From: Eledone cirrhosa
Taxonomy: Eukaryota
Length of the DNA: 64,000 nucleotides
NCBI GenBank assembly: GCA_964016885.1
Contig: OZ024741.1
Span: forward strand, 37,448,001 to 37,512,000
Reading direction: 5' to 3'
A program made the position numbers and the translations under genes. Below the pieces are notes generated by a model, which was not told where the DNA came from, did not search any database, and worked only from the letters and a program-made list of their open reading frames with translations. Shown here one piece after another: positions 38,700 to 52,832 of this stretch. Position 1 is the first letter of the stretch; the number at the start of each line of letters is the position of its first letter.

Positions 38700-39100
38700 A
38701 TCATTATCATCATCATCACTATTTCATGTCTATTTAACATGCTTGCATGGATTAAACAAGTAGCCATGTATTGAGGCTAGATTGATCAGGTAACCATGTC
38801 TTGCTTGTATGCTCCATTTTTGGCTTGGTTTCTATAGCTGGCTGTTCTTCCCAATACCAATGACTTTGCAAAACATACTGGGAGCATTTTATCATAATTT
38901 CAGCACTACCATTTTACAGAGTGAACTGGATGGTTTTTGTTGTGGCACCAGCACTACCACCTTACAGGGTGGTGTGGGTACTTTTTCATTGCACCAGCAC
39001 TACTGCCTTACAGTGTGGACAGGGTGCTTTTTATCATGACACTAACACTATGATTTACAGAGGAGGCTGAATAATGCATTTTTATCATGGCACCAGGACT
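38700..39100 (-). mobile_element. degenerate RTE 3'UTR/SINE with ~45-bp module repeated about 5 times
   Basis: Repeats of GCACCAGCACTAC..TTACAG.GTG..TGG.TGCTTTT next to an RTE-type tail. Confidence 0.6.
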
Positions 39101-39394
39101 CAGGAGGCATTAATGTGAGTGGATAGGAGGGTCATAACATCATGTGAGAGACAGCTTTGCATCATGGAGGGGACCCAAAAGAGAGTGAGTGTGTCTAGTG
39201 GTATATTGTGAGGTGAACCTGAATTTCCATGCTAGCATGGGTTGGATAAGGAACAGGGATGTTGGCGGGAGTAGGTAGCATGCCTTGTATGCTGACATGA
39301 ATTGAACAAGGAAGAACAGGGGATGTGGAGGTGTGTGTGTATAGGATGTATAATTTCTTCTTTTTGGACAAAGAAAAAGGATCATTATATTTAG

Positions 39395-39690
39395 GTTAAC
39401 TTTGCCTTTCTAACGGGGGTCGATAAAATAAAGTACCAGTAATACACTGGGATAATTGCTGGCCATAAGGATGGTAGATTGGCAGAATTGTTAGTGTCAG
39501 ACGTAAGTCTTTTGCTATTTATTCCAGCTCTTTATGCTGTGAGTTCAAATCCTGCCATGGTCAGCTTTGCCTTTCATCCTTATTGGATTGATAAAATAAA
39601 ATACCAGTCAAGCATTGCACATATATCAGTTTAAGTGATTTATACCTCCTCACCAAACTGCTGGCCTTGTGCCTAAACTATAACATAATA
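39395..39690 (+). mobile_element. tandem S2 SINE (one partial, one full copy)
   Basis: Two TTTGCCTTTC...GATAAAATAAA.TACCAG cores. Confidence 0.7.
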
Positions 39691-42481
39691 ATAGTCAACA
39701 TTGGGTTCTCTTCTGAGGCAATGTTTTATGGCCAGATGTCCTTCCTGGTGCCAAATCTTTCAGTTTCCTCTTATGCCATGCAGAGCTATGGTTGTACATA
39801 TTCTAAACCAGAAAGAAAATGGCCTTAAATCTCTTCTTGTTGTTATGCTTAAACTAGGAACTATTAACAGTATTGATCTATAAGTACAGTATGTTAATCA
39901 ATTGTGCATATAATACAACATTTAACTTGCACACTCAGAAATGTCTGTATATATTTCACAGCATGTGGGACACCATGAATGTAATTAATAAAGCTTGTAT
40001 GTTAAGCTGATTTCTTTATTATGAAATAAAATCAAAGTAACTAAAATGTCTCTCTATAAATATAGGTAGTTGTCAGATCTTTAACTCAAAGATAAGCTTC
40101 ACATTGAAATCTAAAGCCTATTATGCATTTCAAATTCAATATAATGATCATGATTACTGTCTTGATGACTATTTTTGTGTTAATCTAGCATAGAGCACAG
40201 CTGACGTGAAAATGACTGTTTTATTTCAAATATATCAACCCTTGCTCGCATTGAAAGCAGACATTAAAACGATGATGATGATGATGATGATTAACCCTTT
40301 TACTATCATAAATAATGACAGTACCTATGATTTTCAAATAACTTAAAAAGTAATCAAGATTTTGAAGAGATATAGTAATGTATAATAACCAACTTTTTGA
40401 TTATTAAGTTGTTTAAAACATTTGCTGTTTGTTTTTGTTATGCATTAGTAAAGATATATAACAACAACAAACAAAAAGTTCCCCTCTCCTGCTGGTCTAC
40501 AGTCATCATCATCCTCATCATTTAACACTCATCAGGGTGTACTGTGAATTTCCTTATGACACCAGTGCTGGGGAGGTTGTCATGTCTTACGTCATACACA
40601 GATACAATGTACCTATTCTCAACCAATTTACACACAGCATTGCCCAGATTAATTTAAACACAAAAACGACCATAGCTGTGTGACTTTTAAAAAGTCATCA
40701 TAATGGGATAAAACAAATTGTCTCCTTTTAAGCTGAATGGAATCGATAATTTTATTTTTCCCAGTTAAATATATTTCTCTTGTCAGTAGAAAAACTGTGA
40801 TGTGTTGCTGTTATTGCTGCTACTGTTACTACTGCTACTACTGCCTCCAGCCAAGTGATATATAGTCAATAGGTAACTGTTGGAAAATATGCATGCTTGG
40901 CTGATTATTCTGTGCCAAGTTATTTCACCAAGTCTCCATGCTAGCAGAAGCATTGAAAGATCTTAAATCATGAGCAAGCTGAAGTAATTTTCCCAATCAT
41001 TGAAGTGTGTGCACAAAGAAGGGAGATAGAAAAAGAAAAAACATAAATGTAAAAAGAAAAAATAATCAAATAAAATTTCTGATAAAGATTGTGGTTAGAG
41101 TGGGATGGTATAAGAGGATGTATTTCTGAAAAATTCAAACAGAGTAGACTAAATATAACAAATTGATAGCTAAAGCATGAGTTCAACATATATATTTAGG
41201 TGATAGCTCACAAGGACTTTGAGGTTTGATCAATATTGTGCAGAGCCCCATTACTTTATATTTAGCATCTTGTATGTATATTTTTATTGTACATACTGCA
41301 TGTTCTACATCAGTGGTCATGAGTCTGGGTTCATACAAACCCAAAAGGTTCATTGAAATATTTTTGGGCTTGCAAATGAAAAAAAGCAGTTTCTGCAAGG
41401 TTCATCAGTTAAAGTTTGATAGTTTTTCATGCCATTCTAAATTTTCTACTTTAATATGTTACTTTTTGCAGAGCCCACACCACTTAGAACCATTGATCCA
41501 GGATTTACATCTTTCTGCTATCTTCCAGCTGATATTATAATCAGTAGAGTCCTCTTTTAGCTTCCATACATGGCTGGAGAACTTAGCTGTCTTCCTTTTC
41601 TCCTGTTTCTGAAATGTTGCATGGTTCTTTAGTGTTTTTTAAACTGTCGTTTTGTAAGACTGATGTACTGCTTGAGATTGGTGGTCCAGTCTAGGTTTAT
41701 CAATGTCACTGTTGCCTCATAGACAATGGTGTTGGTCTTATATGCCCCTTTAGAGGGCATGCATTTCTGATCCTACTCCCAAAATAGGGGGGGGGGGGGT
41801 GAATAAGCAGGAGTGTTGGAATAAGTGGGGGGGGGGGGGGTGTCATTGGAATAAGCAGAGGGTTAGAAAATTGGTAATTTTTCTAGATTGTCTCCGTTGA
41901 TTTTTTTAAGAACCAGAATTAGTTGTTTAGTTTACATATTGAAACCCCAACCCATCCTATTTATTTTATAACATATGGGATTTCTCGTAATGTACTTTAT
42001 TTGTCATGTATAATGTTTTTTAATGTCTAAAGAAAATTAATTGTTGCAGGAATGCTACCACTTAAAATAAAATTTTGCCAGAGATGGATTAGCAAAATTG
42101 AATAAGTGGAGTGTGGGGGTGGAATATGAGTGGGGATGGTTGGAAAAAATCTGAAAAATTAATAAGTAGAGGGAACAATTATTTGAGACCTGAGTATATG
42201 ATCATTCGATTAAGTTGGGTAGTGGTGGCTTACTGGCTATGATGGATTTAAGTTGAGCATTGAGCTAAAACTGACTTTAAGGTTGTGTCTGTTGAATAGT
42301 TTCCTGTAATGGTGGCTAGTTGGGAGTGTTTGTCTTCTAAAGCTAGGTATGTTCTGATGATGTTGGTCTTGACATTCAGTGAAAAGAGAGGAGTAAACCA
42401 GATTCTTCTTTGGGTTCTGTGTTTTTTCTTCCCCTCTCCCTCTCTCCTCTCTTCCTCTCTCTTTATATATATATATAGTAA

Positions 42482-42755
42482 AAGCACATAGCCTAGTGGT
42501 TAGGATATTGGATTTATGATAATAATGCCATGGGTTTGATTCTTTGACCAGGTGATGCATTGTGTTCTAGAGCAAAACATTTCATTTCATACTGCCCCAG
42601 TACACTCAGCTGAAAATGAGTAGGTAGGGGTTAACCCTGTGATGGACTGATGTCCTGTCCAGGAGGAAGTCTTGTACTCTCAATTTCTTAATGCCAAGAA
42701 GACCAGAGATAAGCACCAACCTGATGAGCCTCTGGGCTTGAGACAGACTTTAACA
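42482..42755 (+). mobile_element. tRNA-SINE family S3
   Basis: TAGCCTAGTGGTTAGG A-box, CORE-like segment, AACCCTGTGATGGACTG, CCTGATGAGCC tail. Confidence 0.75.
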
Positions 42756-42769
42756 TTTTTACTAGAATA

Positions 42770-43400
42770 AATAACTTTCAACTTAATGAGACCTAGTAAG
42801 ACTATAGCTGTCACGTTTCAATAAAAAGATGACTGCTTCCATCTGTAGGGAGGGCCTGAACATACATATGGCACACTCTGGACCTGCCTTCAGAAGACTA
42901 CTTTACAAACCTCAACCTACATATGATATATGCACACTTCTTAACTGTCTCATCTACAATGAAGAAGTGCGCATAGGAGCATATGTAGTCTACAAGGTCA
43001 CATGTGACAATGTAGCTCCTTGTACATTGGAAGTACCATCCAGATACTGCACATATGGATCAAGGAGCACATGACAACGAGAGCGTCATCTTTCAAAAAC
43101 ACTTTGAAACTGAGAAATTGAGATCACTATAGAAATGATGGGAAGGAATGTGGGGAATTTGAGAGTTAAAGAGGCTTTAATTATCAGAAGCCACAAATAA
43201 ACAATATATCAGAACTACATGGAGAAGAGTGGCTTCTATGACTGCTCCATGCACGCACAATCCAGACACTTGGACCAGTTAAGGAAAAATGATGTTGTTC
43301 ATTTTTGTTTTGTTTTGAAAAGAGGGTCTTAACCCTGAAATATTACGTTGAAATATAACGGGTAAAAAAAACCCAGTTTGTTTTGTTTTATTTGTCATTC
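42770..43400 (+). mobile_element. Penelope-like element relic (GIY-YIG endonuclease and degenerate pLTR)
   Basis: VVYKVTC, then after a frameshift LYIGSTIQILHIWIKEH and LRVKEALII; degenerate hammerhead-like TTGAAAAG-AGGG..CCCT-GAAATATTA at ~43315. Confidence 0.8.
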
Positions 43401-43502
43401 TTTGCCCTTTATTTCTACTACATTTTACCGGCTTTCTGAAATACTTATCAATCATTTATTATATATATATATTTATATATATATATATTTATATATATAT
43501 AA

Positions 43503-43889
43503 TCATCATCATCATCATTTTACGTCCGCTTTTCCCTGCTTACAAGGGTGGGACGGGAACTGATTCTGGCTTGATTTCTACAGCTGGATGCCCTTCCTAA
43601 CACCAACCTCATTTACAGTGAGTGCTGGGTGCTTTTTTTTCCGTGGCACCTACACGTCCACTTTACAGTGTGGGCTGGGTGCTTTTTTGCCGTGGCACCG
43701 CCACGACCACTTTGTAGTGGAATGATAGGGACCCCAGTCCTATCATCTCATTTCTACAGCTGAGTTATCTGGAGCAATGTGAAATAAAGTGTCTTGCTCA
43801 AGGAAACAACACATCACCCGGTCTGAGAATTGAACTTACAACCTTTCGGTTGCAAGGCCAATGTTCTAACCACGAAGCCATGTGCCTCC
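43503..43889 (-). mobile_element. full-length chimeric tRNA-SINE family S1
   Basis: Reverse complement matches 26271-26594 with one extra module; RTE-A tail and (GAT)n. Confidence 0.9.
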
Positions 43890-46147
43890 ATTATATATGT
43901 ATGTATATATAAACCCAGGCTAGCATGGAAAAATGGATGTTAACCGATGATGATGATTATGCAGCCTGAGACAAAATACACTCATTACCATAATCCTTCT
44001 TAAACTATGTGGTTGAAAAATAATGTAATATTAACTTCAACTTTCAAAGTCTTCTATCTAAAAGCCACCCAACTGTAGAGACATCTGCTTGAACCATTCA
44101 TGCAATTGTCTGTATTTTTGGAATCATCCAACTATCCAATCATTCAAATATGCTACAAATTTGGCTCAGCATGAATTATTATTTCCTCTTGTATGAATTG
44201 GAGATGTAACATTAGTGAATAAACATAGAAAACCTTGTAAATAGCAAAATATATTGTCAGTGCCAGCTCGATTCCGTGCACTGGTAATTTCTAAATTGAG
44301 TTCTTTTGGTTGTTATGATGCCTATAATGGACATGCTGGACAACCCTACTCTGCTATGGAATGTAATAAGCCATTGATATATGTTGTGCAAAGCATCTAG
44401 GTGGTGAGCTTAGTTTGCAATATGACTTAATTACCCCAAAAAAGACATTTGCTTGAATTTGATTAAGTTGGTTGACTCATTACAAGTGAGACACCCATAT
44501 GTTTGACAGGAAGTATTCCCTCCACAGCTCAAAAGAGATTGAGATAAGTGAGATTGACACTAATGGTTACATTGAGCTGCCAGATTCTTGTAGCTTAGAG
44601 GTTTGCCTGAAAAGTACCAGCCCAACTCTGCCAGGCAGTCAATAAGTAAATAATAAATGTATAGAAATATTAAGTTTTGATTTTTATACAATATAATATA
44701 AACGATATCAATAACAATTCAAGTAATCTGTGTTTACATTTATACTGCTTAACAACAAGTACTATTTGTTTATGTTTCATAACTTTAACACTTCAACAAA
44801 TAAAGATAGTTAAAATAGGTACCAAATAAGAAAAAAAACTTGTACTGGGGTTGATATTGACAACAACTAATACTGCTTTAAGGCCATTTTCTGTAAGAAT
44901 TAACCATGCAGGCCTGGTGACAAGCTTCTCTATTTTATCCTATCATCATTTTTATCTAAGATTACTGAACGTTGCAAGTCAAATTGCTGAGCCATGGGAG
45001 ATATTTTTTACACAGGACATAAACAAAATCACCACCTGATTGACAAATGCAAAGTGAAGACACAGACAAATATAATATGCACACATATACATACACTCAC
45101 TTTTACATACATATATGCATACATCCATACACATACATACACCCACACACACATACATACTCCTTAGTTCTGGTGCCACAATAAAGCACATCATGTATAC
45201 CCTGTAAGATGGTCAGTGATAGGAAGAGCATCTAGCAATTGTGTCAAAGATGCAACAACCTCTCTAATGTTGGTGACATAATAAATTGCACTCAGTACAC
45301 TCTGTAAAGTGGTTGGTGATAGGAAGGACATCCAGTCATAGAAAATTACCAAACAAAGAGTAAAAATGACTCTTAAATTGTGCCAAAGATATTATGACCT
45401 CCTAATACTGGTGCCATAATTAAATGCATGGTGTGTTTTGTAGAGCAGTCATGAGTAAACTGCAAGTTGCATGCAGCTTGTTTGGTTTCTGAATGGCACA
45501 CCTAATTTCAAAATTGCCTTGAATTTTTTAGTAGTATTGTCCGCCTAATGATGGGCCACATCCTATGTGGCCTGCTGTTTGATAAATGTTGCTTATGCCT
45601 GCTGTAGTGTGTGAGATCAGTAGCTTTGATTGAGTACTGAATTTGTCTATGATGACTTGTCAAAGACTTGCTAGCAGGGAAAGCAGATGTTAAATGATGA
45701 TCTCTCTTTATCAAAAAAGAGACGGATAGATAATATAACGATTATCTGGCTCTATGTTCACTCAATGAGAGAATTGAAGCTTAAATTGCAAGACTATAGA
45801 ACGCTTTCACACTGCCAGTGTCATAGGAATCCACATATCTAATATTTTGCACAGAATAATCTAATCAGGTTGAAAAACAGAGAGACAGAATAAGTGCTAT
45901 ACCTACATAACCACTAAGATTTTATATGGTACGATTTCATGCCAGCAAAAACCATCAACATTCACTATTGATTAACATCGGTAAATGGTGAAGCCAAGAA
46001 CCATCAATCATCAGAAGGCATCTTGTAATTCCTGAAAAAATATTAAATCCCAAAGAATCAGTGGCCAGCCATTGCTGTTGTCATATGTATGTATATGACA
46101 ATATGTTGTCATATGTATATAAATAAACATAGAGTAAGTTGGAATGC

Positions 46148-46326
46148 TTAGAAATATAGAAAATCTCAAACGCAGAAAACTGGTAAAATACCCCTATAGA
46201 TAGAAAAAGTGACCATCAGAGTGGTTGCTGGCCACGTGTTCCATCTATAGTGGTATTTTACTATCTGGTTTTCTAAAGTTGTGTTCACGGCTATTTTCCT
46301 GTGTTTGAGATTTTCTACATTTCTAA
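46148..46326. repeat. imperfect fold-back element with TTAGAAA...TTTCTAA ends
   Basis: TTAGAAATATAGAAAATCTCAAACGCAG / CTGTGTTTGAGATTTTCTACATTTCTAA plus an inner stem. Confidence 0.8.
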
Positions 46327-46383
46327 ATAAATATATATATATATATATATACTATATATATATATATACTATATATATATATA

Positions 46384-46414
<31 letters not shown>

Positions 46415-46544
46415 CTATATATACTTTGCTTAAACTTTAATCTGTTATTTTAATAAATATTTGCTCTACGGTTCTTATATATTTGATATATATTTTCCTT
46501 ATCGAGCCCTCTTTGGATTTTAGTCTTCAATTTTATTATTATTA

Positions 46545-47864
46545 CTATATATATACTATAAAGCTGATGGCCATATGTAGGTAACAAACTTTCTGCCAAA
46601 CGGCTGGCCCAAAAAGCACCAAATTTGCACCATAGATGTAACTTTTTCCAAGTAAAAAGGTGAGGGTATTTCTGTCTACTGAATTTTGTTAAAAGATTAA
46701 AGACATTATTTAAATATTCACTTCTTTAAAATTTCAAATGTTCAACACTTCCGGTTATACGTCATTCCTCACTTTTTCTTATGACGTCGCACAACATTCC
46801 CCTCTTTTTCTTAGTCTGTCTTTTTAGATAGATACAACGTAGCACCCTTATAATATGTCTCTGTATGTCTGACTGTCTGCATTAGATAACGTTTTTCGAA
46901 ATATTTACTTCTGCGTTCACAGACTGATCTTTTTAGTTAAGGGTGAAAGCAGCGATTCTTTGCTTAAACTTTAATGTTATTTTAATATATATATTCGTGT
47001 ACAGATATTTTTGCATACACAAAAACAAAAGCCTATTTATTTCACGAAAGTACAGATGGCTTATCGTCATTGTTACTGTTTGAGGTTAGAGGACCACAGT
47101 CTTTCCAAGATCTGAGAACCATCAATGGCCATCAATGTTCCACTTACCGTTTGGCTTGCCAGATGTGTGGTATGTTACATGATGACAGCCATTGGCACCT
47201 CACTCTGCAAGAAATCCCTTTTCAGCTGTGAAAATCTTTTAGCTATTATGCTGCACAACTGCGATCTCGCCGACCCTCTCACAATGTGGAACAACCACTG
47301 TGAAAGTCTAGCTGAGGACATCCTCCACCGCACATGCAGACACAATCCGAACGTAACATACGATGTCGTTTTCAATGAGGCGCTCATTTGTCTTGAAAAC
47401 AGTGTCCTGGAGATTGGTGGTAGGCCTCTAAGTCACTACAGCTTACCTGCTCCTGACAGGAGTGTCCAGAGGTCAATGTATACAGAGCTTCTCCGTGAGA
47501 TGAGCTATGAAATCAGTGCTTCTCCCATGGTTAATTGTATACTCTGAGGCTCTAACAATGTAATTTAAATATTTTCTGTTTCTTGGAATTTCCATTATGG
47601 TTGTACAAATTATTGTTTGTTAAAAAATGTTTTCTCTGTTCAGCCTTTATTGTTGTAACTATCAATTTTTTTAACATACTGGCTGCTGAACTGGGGAATC
47701 CTAAAAACTATTCAAACCCAACATCAGAGCACATTAACCCCCCTCCCCCCTCCTCGCTGACTTGAGAGGGCATGTGGTATCTTTGCACTGGAGTGGAGGG
47801 GGGATTCCTGAAAAGATAAAATGCCGGTATACCTAGCCGGGCGCCAGTTGGACGGGCCAGCTAG
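46545..47864 (+). mobile_element. Helitron with RepHel fragment
   Basis: LLLFEVRGPQSFQDLRTINGHQCSTY and LLAIMLHNCDLADPLTMWNNHCESLAEDILHR match the Rep-helicase linker; GC-rich 3' end followed by CTAG|T. Confidence 0.82.
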
Positions 47865-48339
47865 TATATATATATATATATATATATAAAAGGTAAACAG
47901 AAAAAACAAAGCAAATGACACAGTACATTGAAGAAATATATTTGTTTAACATTTGGAATAGCAGAAAGAGAGTCTTAACGTTCCGAACACTAGTCCTTCA
48001 TCTGAAGATAATTAGAAATAGAACATAAATAGGAGAAAAGAGCAAGGAACCGGGGAAAATGAGGAAAAAAAAGGAGAGAAAACACACACTCACACACACA
48101 TATATATGTGTGTATTCAGTATGTCTGAAGAAAAAACTGGTGAGAGTACGAAAGTCAGCACTCGATGCTGGTCTGGAGTGTCAATCTGGATCACAAGTCA
48201 GCTGTTTGGGAAACATTTGTAACCAGGATTGAGCAATAGATCTCTTATGTAACACCTCCATTTTGCTATTATAATATATATATATATATATATTAGAAAG
48301 TGAGGTTTTTTTACAAAATGGAAAAAAAAACATGAGTGA

Positions 48340-48490
48340 AAGTATAAGGAAAAAAGATGAAATCGAAAATGCAACTGGAGTCTTTTTTTTTTTAAATATA
48401 TATTTATTTGGTTTCTTTACCGGTTTCGCAGTTCTTCTGCTTTTCAAAAGTAGAATTAAGATGGAGGGTTTGTGGTTTTTCTTACGTATA
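48340..48490 (-). mobile_element. Penelope pLTR-like repeat with U3-A8 hammerhead core
   Basis: Reverse complement of 60372-60508; TTGAAAA-GCAG..CTGC-GAAA-CCGG-TA. Confidence 0.6.
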
Positions 48491-48574
48491 TATATGTCAT
48501 TATAAGTAAACACAAGAAAGGTGTGTGTTTATTAAATGATTAGGTAGTTTTCTTCCAGAAAAAAAAAGTGTTCC

Positions 48575-48594
48575 TACTACTACTGCTATTGTGT

Positions 48595-48630
<36 letters not shown>

Positions 48631-48631
48631 T

Positions 48632-48680
<49 letters not shown>

Positions 48681-48692
48681 GCTGTTGCTACT
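48575..48692. repeat. (CTA)n microsatellite
   Basis: Directly visible. Confidence 0.95.
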
Positions 48693-50783
48693 ATCAAGTA
48701 AAAGATGAAGATGAAGGTGATGGAGGAGGAGGCGCATTCTCTACATAATATTATAATCAAGGAATTAAATTGTATATATAAAACACTATATAATTTTGAT
48801 AATTTTGCTTTTATTACTTCATCAATCAAAAGTAAATTGATAGAGTAGTTAAGAATTTGGAGATAATATTCATTACATATAACACACCTATATTTCTATA
48901 TAAATATATAAAACTTCTTTCCATTTTGTATACATTATTCATCACAAAATACTGCATGTGAATTATGCACCATATAATTGAAATGTAAGTAAAATCTGAT
49001 TATAATTTATAGGATGCCATTCTTTCACTTCTTCTCACATCCGTGATGCTTTGGTGATGGTGGAGGTCACTGCATCTTTAGCTGAATGGAATAAAATGCT
49101 GAAATACTGTTATTTATCAGTAAATTACATTTTCTTGTGGCATTTGAAACATTTGTGGTGGTGGGCTGCTTAGAATAAATGTTTCGTTATTGTTGGTGGC
49201 TCATCTTACTGAAGTATCAATTGACACTTGTGAGGGTGGTTGACTATTCCTGTGTTCTAGTCATGATATCATCATTGATATGGGTTGCCTAAAAATTATT
49301 TTGAAGATAACATCAGCATTTCCTGTTATACCTGAGGTAGAAAGAAACCTAGGAAGACATGGAACAAAGTTGTAAACAATGACTGCAAAAAACTGAACCT
49401 CATGAAGGAAATGACACAGGTTCAAGTTGGCTGGTGATTTGCCATTTTACAAAAGACAGGCACTGTGACACTAAAAGTAAATGTTGTGAAATATTGGAGA
49501 CTACATGGAGAGGTCCTTTAACTTGCATTGGTGAGACAAACTCTGATGTCACAACAGGATGCACTCAGTACCCTACCCTGTAAAGATCTAGAGAATGTAG
49601 ATTAGAGAGGATCCTCTGAACCTGTTGAGTACCTGATATCCTCTCTAGTTCTGATCCTATAATAAAATGCACCCAGTACACTCTGTAAAGTGGTAATACT
49701 GGTGCCCCAATAAAATGTACCCAGTACATCATATAAAGCAGTTGCTGTTAGAAAGGGTATCCAGCTGTAGAAACAATGCCAAATATGGAAGGTATCTCTC
49801 TGACCTGTGTAGCCTCAGACCGTGACAACCTGTCCAACCAGCATGGAAAGTGAACGTAAAATAATAATGGGTATTTTGGTTTTTAGAATTGATATACCTT
49901 ATGTCTGCATGTCTTAAGGTGACTAAAGGGTTTGGTGTTAGGAATGGTATTCAGCTGAAAAACATTGCCTCAAAACATTCTGTCCAAACCATGCCAGCAT
50001 GGAAAAGTGGATATAAAATCAATGATAATGATGATGAGTGTGTAATTGAGTGCACATGCCTTTCTAACTTTTTTATTGATTTGTTTCTTTTGTAAATCAT
50101 AAACATTATATAAATCATATATGGTCTTAATATTCTTGTTATATAAAACATGACAATAAATTAAAATATAGATTATTTATAAAACTTATGATTAACAGTT
50201 TTAGTAAATTCCTACTTTGAAAAGCAGATTGGAAAATAGAAATATTGTATATATTTTTTATATGTATGTAATTACTTCTGAAACTATAAAATAGTAAACC
50301 AAAAGAAAAGTAAGATAATTTATATAGATGCAATGAATGAAACTTTTAAGGTTGTAAATCAAAGTCAGGGTTATATTAACTCTGGGGTATGAGTAAAATT
50401 GGAATGAAAGAGACATAGCTGAAATGAAGAGAATGATAAATTTAAGCTTCAAATATGATATAGTGTTGAAGATGGTGGTAGGTAAAGCAGTAGCTGTTGT
50501 GGTGGTGATAGTGGAGTGACAGCTTTATCTTGGCTTTAATTTGTTCATTACCATATTTCTAATGAAAGACACAGATTAAAAGGCTGCGGAAAGGTGTTGA
50601 GATAAATATAGACATTTAAACCTAAGTTTAGTAATTTAAACTAGGTGTTGTTTCAGGTGAGTTGGTGGTATTGAAAGGGTTAATCCTCACTTGTTATCAC
50701 AACTATCCTATTAGTTATCACAGTGCCCTTAAAGGGTTATAGCCACTGCCATTCCATCACTGACTAAGTACTATATATAATAT

Positions 50784-50817
<34 letters not shown>

Positions 50818-50818
<1 letters not shown>

Positions 50819-52535
50819 CATCATCATCATCATCATCATCGTTTAACGTCCATCTTCCAGACTAGCATGGGTTTGGACGGGAATTTTCCCACTTGAGGCA
50901 AGATTGGTCGTCTTGCTTGTATAGGACCGTCTGGCGGGTTTTCTACAGCTGGATGCCCTTCCTAACACCAACCACGTTTACAGTGTGGACTGGGAGGTTT
51001 TTACTGTGTTACCTACACGGCCACATTACAGCGTGGACTGTGTGTTCTTTTGTCGTGACACCTACACGACCTCATTTATTTAGGTCTGGGTGTTGTGGTA
51101 CCAACATAACTTTACATCGAAAGGGGTGGTGTAGATGGGGTGTGTGGGGGGGGGGGGGGAGTGTATTTTGGTTAAGAGGTGCCTACTGACTGTAGGTTTT
51201 GCTTTGTACATAGGCAAAGCGGGTCTTCTGTATTACTGCGTAGTGCCAAAGATCTCGGTCCAGTGACATTGTCTTGGAGAGGTGTAAGTGTGTGAGGTCG
51301 GAATTTATGAAATCGTCCCAGGTTTTTCTGGGTCTGCCTACTCCGTGGCTACCGTCTATTTTGATCGCCCTGCCTTTTTTTATACAGCTGTCGTCTTTCA
51401 TGCGCATCACGTGACCATACCAACGTAGTCTTCTCTCGAGTAAACAACATCTAATTCCTCTTATTCCTAATTTCTCCCTTAGTTCATTTATGCTTTGCCG
51501 TTCACGTATATTACTATTACACATCCAACGGAGCATGCAAGCTTTGTTCCTCTCCAGTCTGTGAATATCCTCTGCACACAATGCCCAAGTCTCACTGCCA
51601 TGTAACATTACTGTTTGTATGCAGGCATCATACAGCCTGCTTTTCATTTTTAGAGAGAACCCTTTAGCGGCCAATAGTGGTATAAGCTCTCTAAACTTTT
51701 TCGATCCCGTTCTGACTCTAGCTACTGTACTTTCAGAGCAACCTCCACCACTGCTGATTTTGTCACCCAGGTAACGGAAGGTGTCCACTATTTCTATAGA
51801 ACCATCTGTGCAATGGAATGAGCTAGTATTCTGTGAGCACCTGCTGCTACTTAGTGCACCTGAGCACCGGCCACATATAAAATCTATATTCTTAGTTAGC
51901 TTACCTGTGATCCCACTACATCTTTTATGCACCCATACTTTGCATTTGGGACATAAAATGGAGTTTCTGCCTACTCCTTTCCTACACACTGAGCATGGCC
52001 ATTTCCCAGATGGGACCGGTGCCCTATTGTCCTTCCTACATACTAGAACTTTAGTCTTAGACAGGTTAATTTTAAGGCCTTTTGATTCTAGGCCATGCTT
52101 CCATGTTTGGAATTTCTTCTCTAGTCCAGCCATTGATTCAGCTATGAGCGTTAGATCATCTGCGTATAGGAGTCCCTATGGGCAGCCGGTCTTGAACTCC
52201 TCTGTTATAGCCTGAAGGGCAATAATAAATAGGAGGGGGCTAAGAACGGAGCCCTGATGAACACCAACTTTTATGCAAAACTCTTCACTATATTCGTTGT
52301 TAATTCTAACCTTGCTGACTGTTTCTTTATACATGGCTTGTATAGCTCTCACAAGCCATTCATCAACACCTAGTTTTCTGAGAGCCCACCAGATAATGGG
52401 GCGTGGGACTCTGTCAAAGGCTTTCTCCAAGTCAACAAAAGCTAAGTATAGGGGTTTACTTTTAGCTAGGTATTTCTCCTGTAGTTGTCGTACAATGAAA
52501 AGAGCGTCTGTGGTACTTTTACCTGACACAAACCC
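50818..52535 (-). mobile_element. 5'-truncated RTE family B copy
   Basis: Near-identical to 13935-15638, including the shared in-frame stop before YADD. Confidence 0.95.
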
Positions 52536-52552
52536 ATATTTATATATATATA

Positions 52553-52798
52553 GTCACGACAAAAAAACACACAGTCCACGCTGTAATGTGGCCATGTAGG
52601 CAACACGGTAAAAACCTCCCAGTCCCAGACTGTAAATGTGGTTGGTGTTAGGAAGGGCATCCAGCTGTAGAAAACCCACCAGACAGTCCTACGCGAGCAA
52701 GACAACCACTCTTGCCTCAAGTGGGAAAACTCCCGTCCAAACCCATGCAAGCGTGGAAGATGGACGTTAAGCGATGATGATGATGATGATGATGATGA
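52553..52798 (+). mobile_element. RTE-B 3' UTR-only copy
   Basis: Matches the B 3' UTR and (GAT)n tail; head-to-head with the previous copy. Confidence 0.9.
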
Positions 52799-52832
52799 TA
52801 TATATATATATTTGAAAAGATTCAGGACCCCG

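Noticed and set aside
42715-42750. CTGATGAGCC..GGC as a hammerhead
   Set aside because: No GAAA box after stem II; it is the S3 SINE tail.
47965-48010. Minus-strand CAGATGA-AGGAC..GTTC-GGAACGTTA
   Set aside because: Both core boxes are mutated; probable dead Penelope hammerhead.
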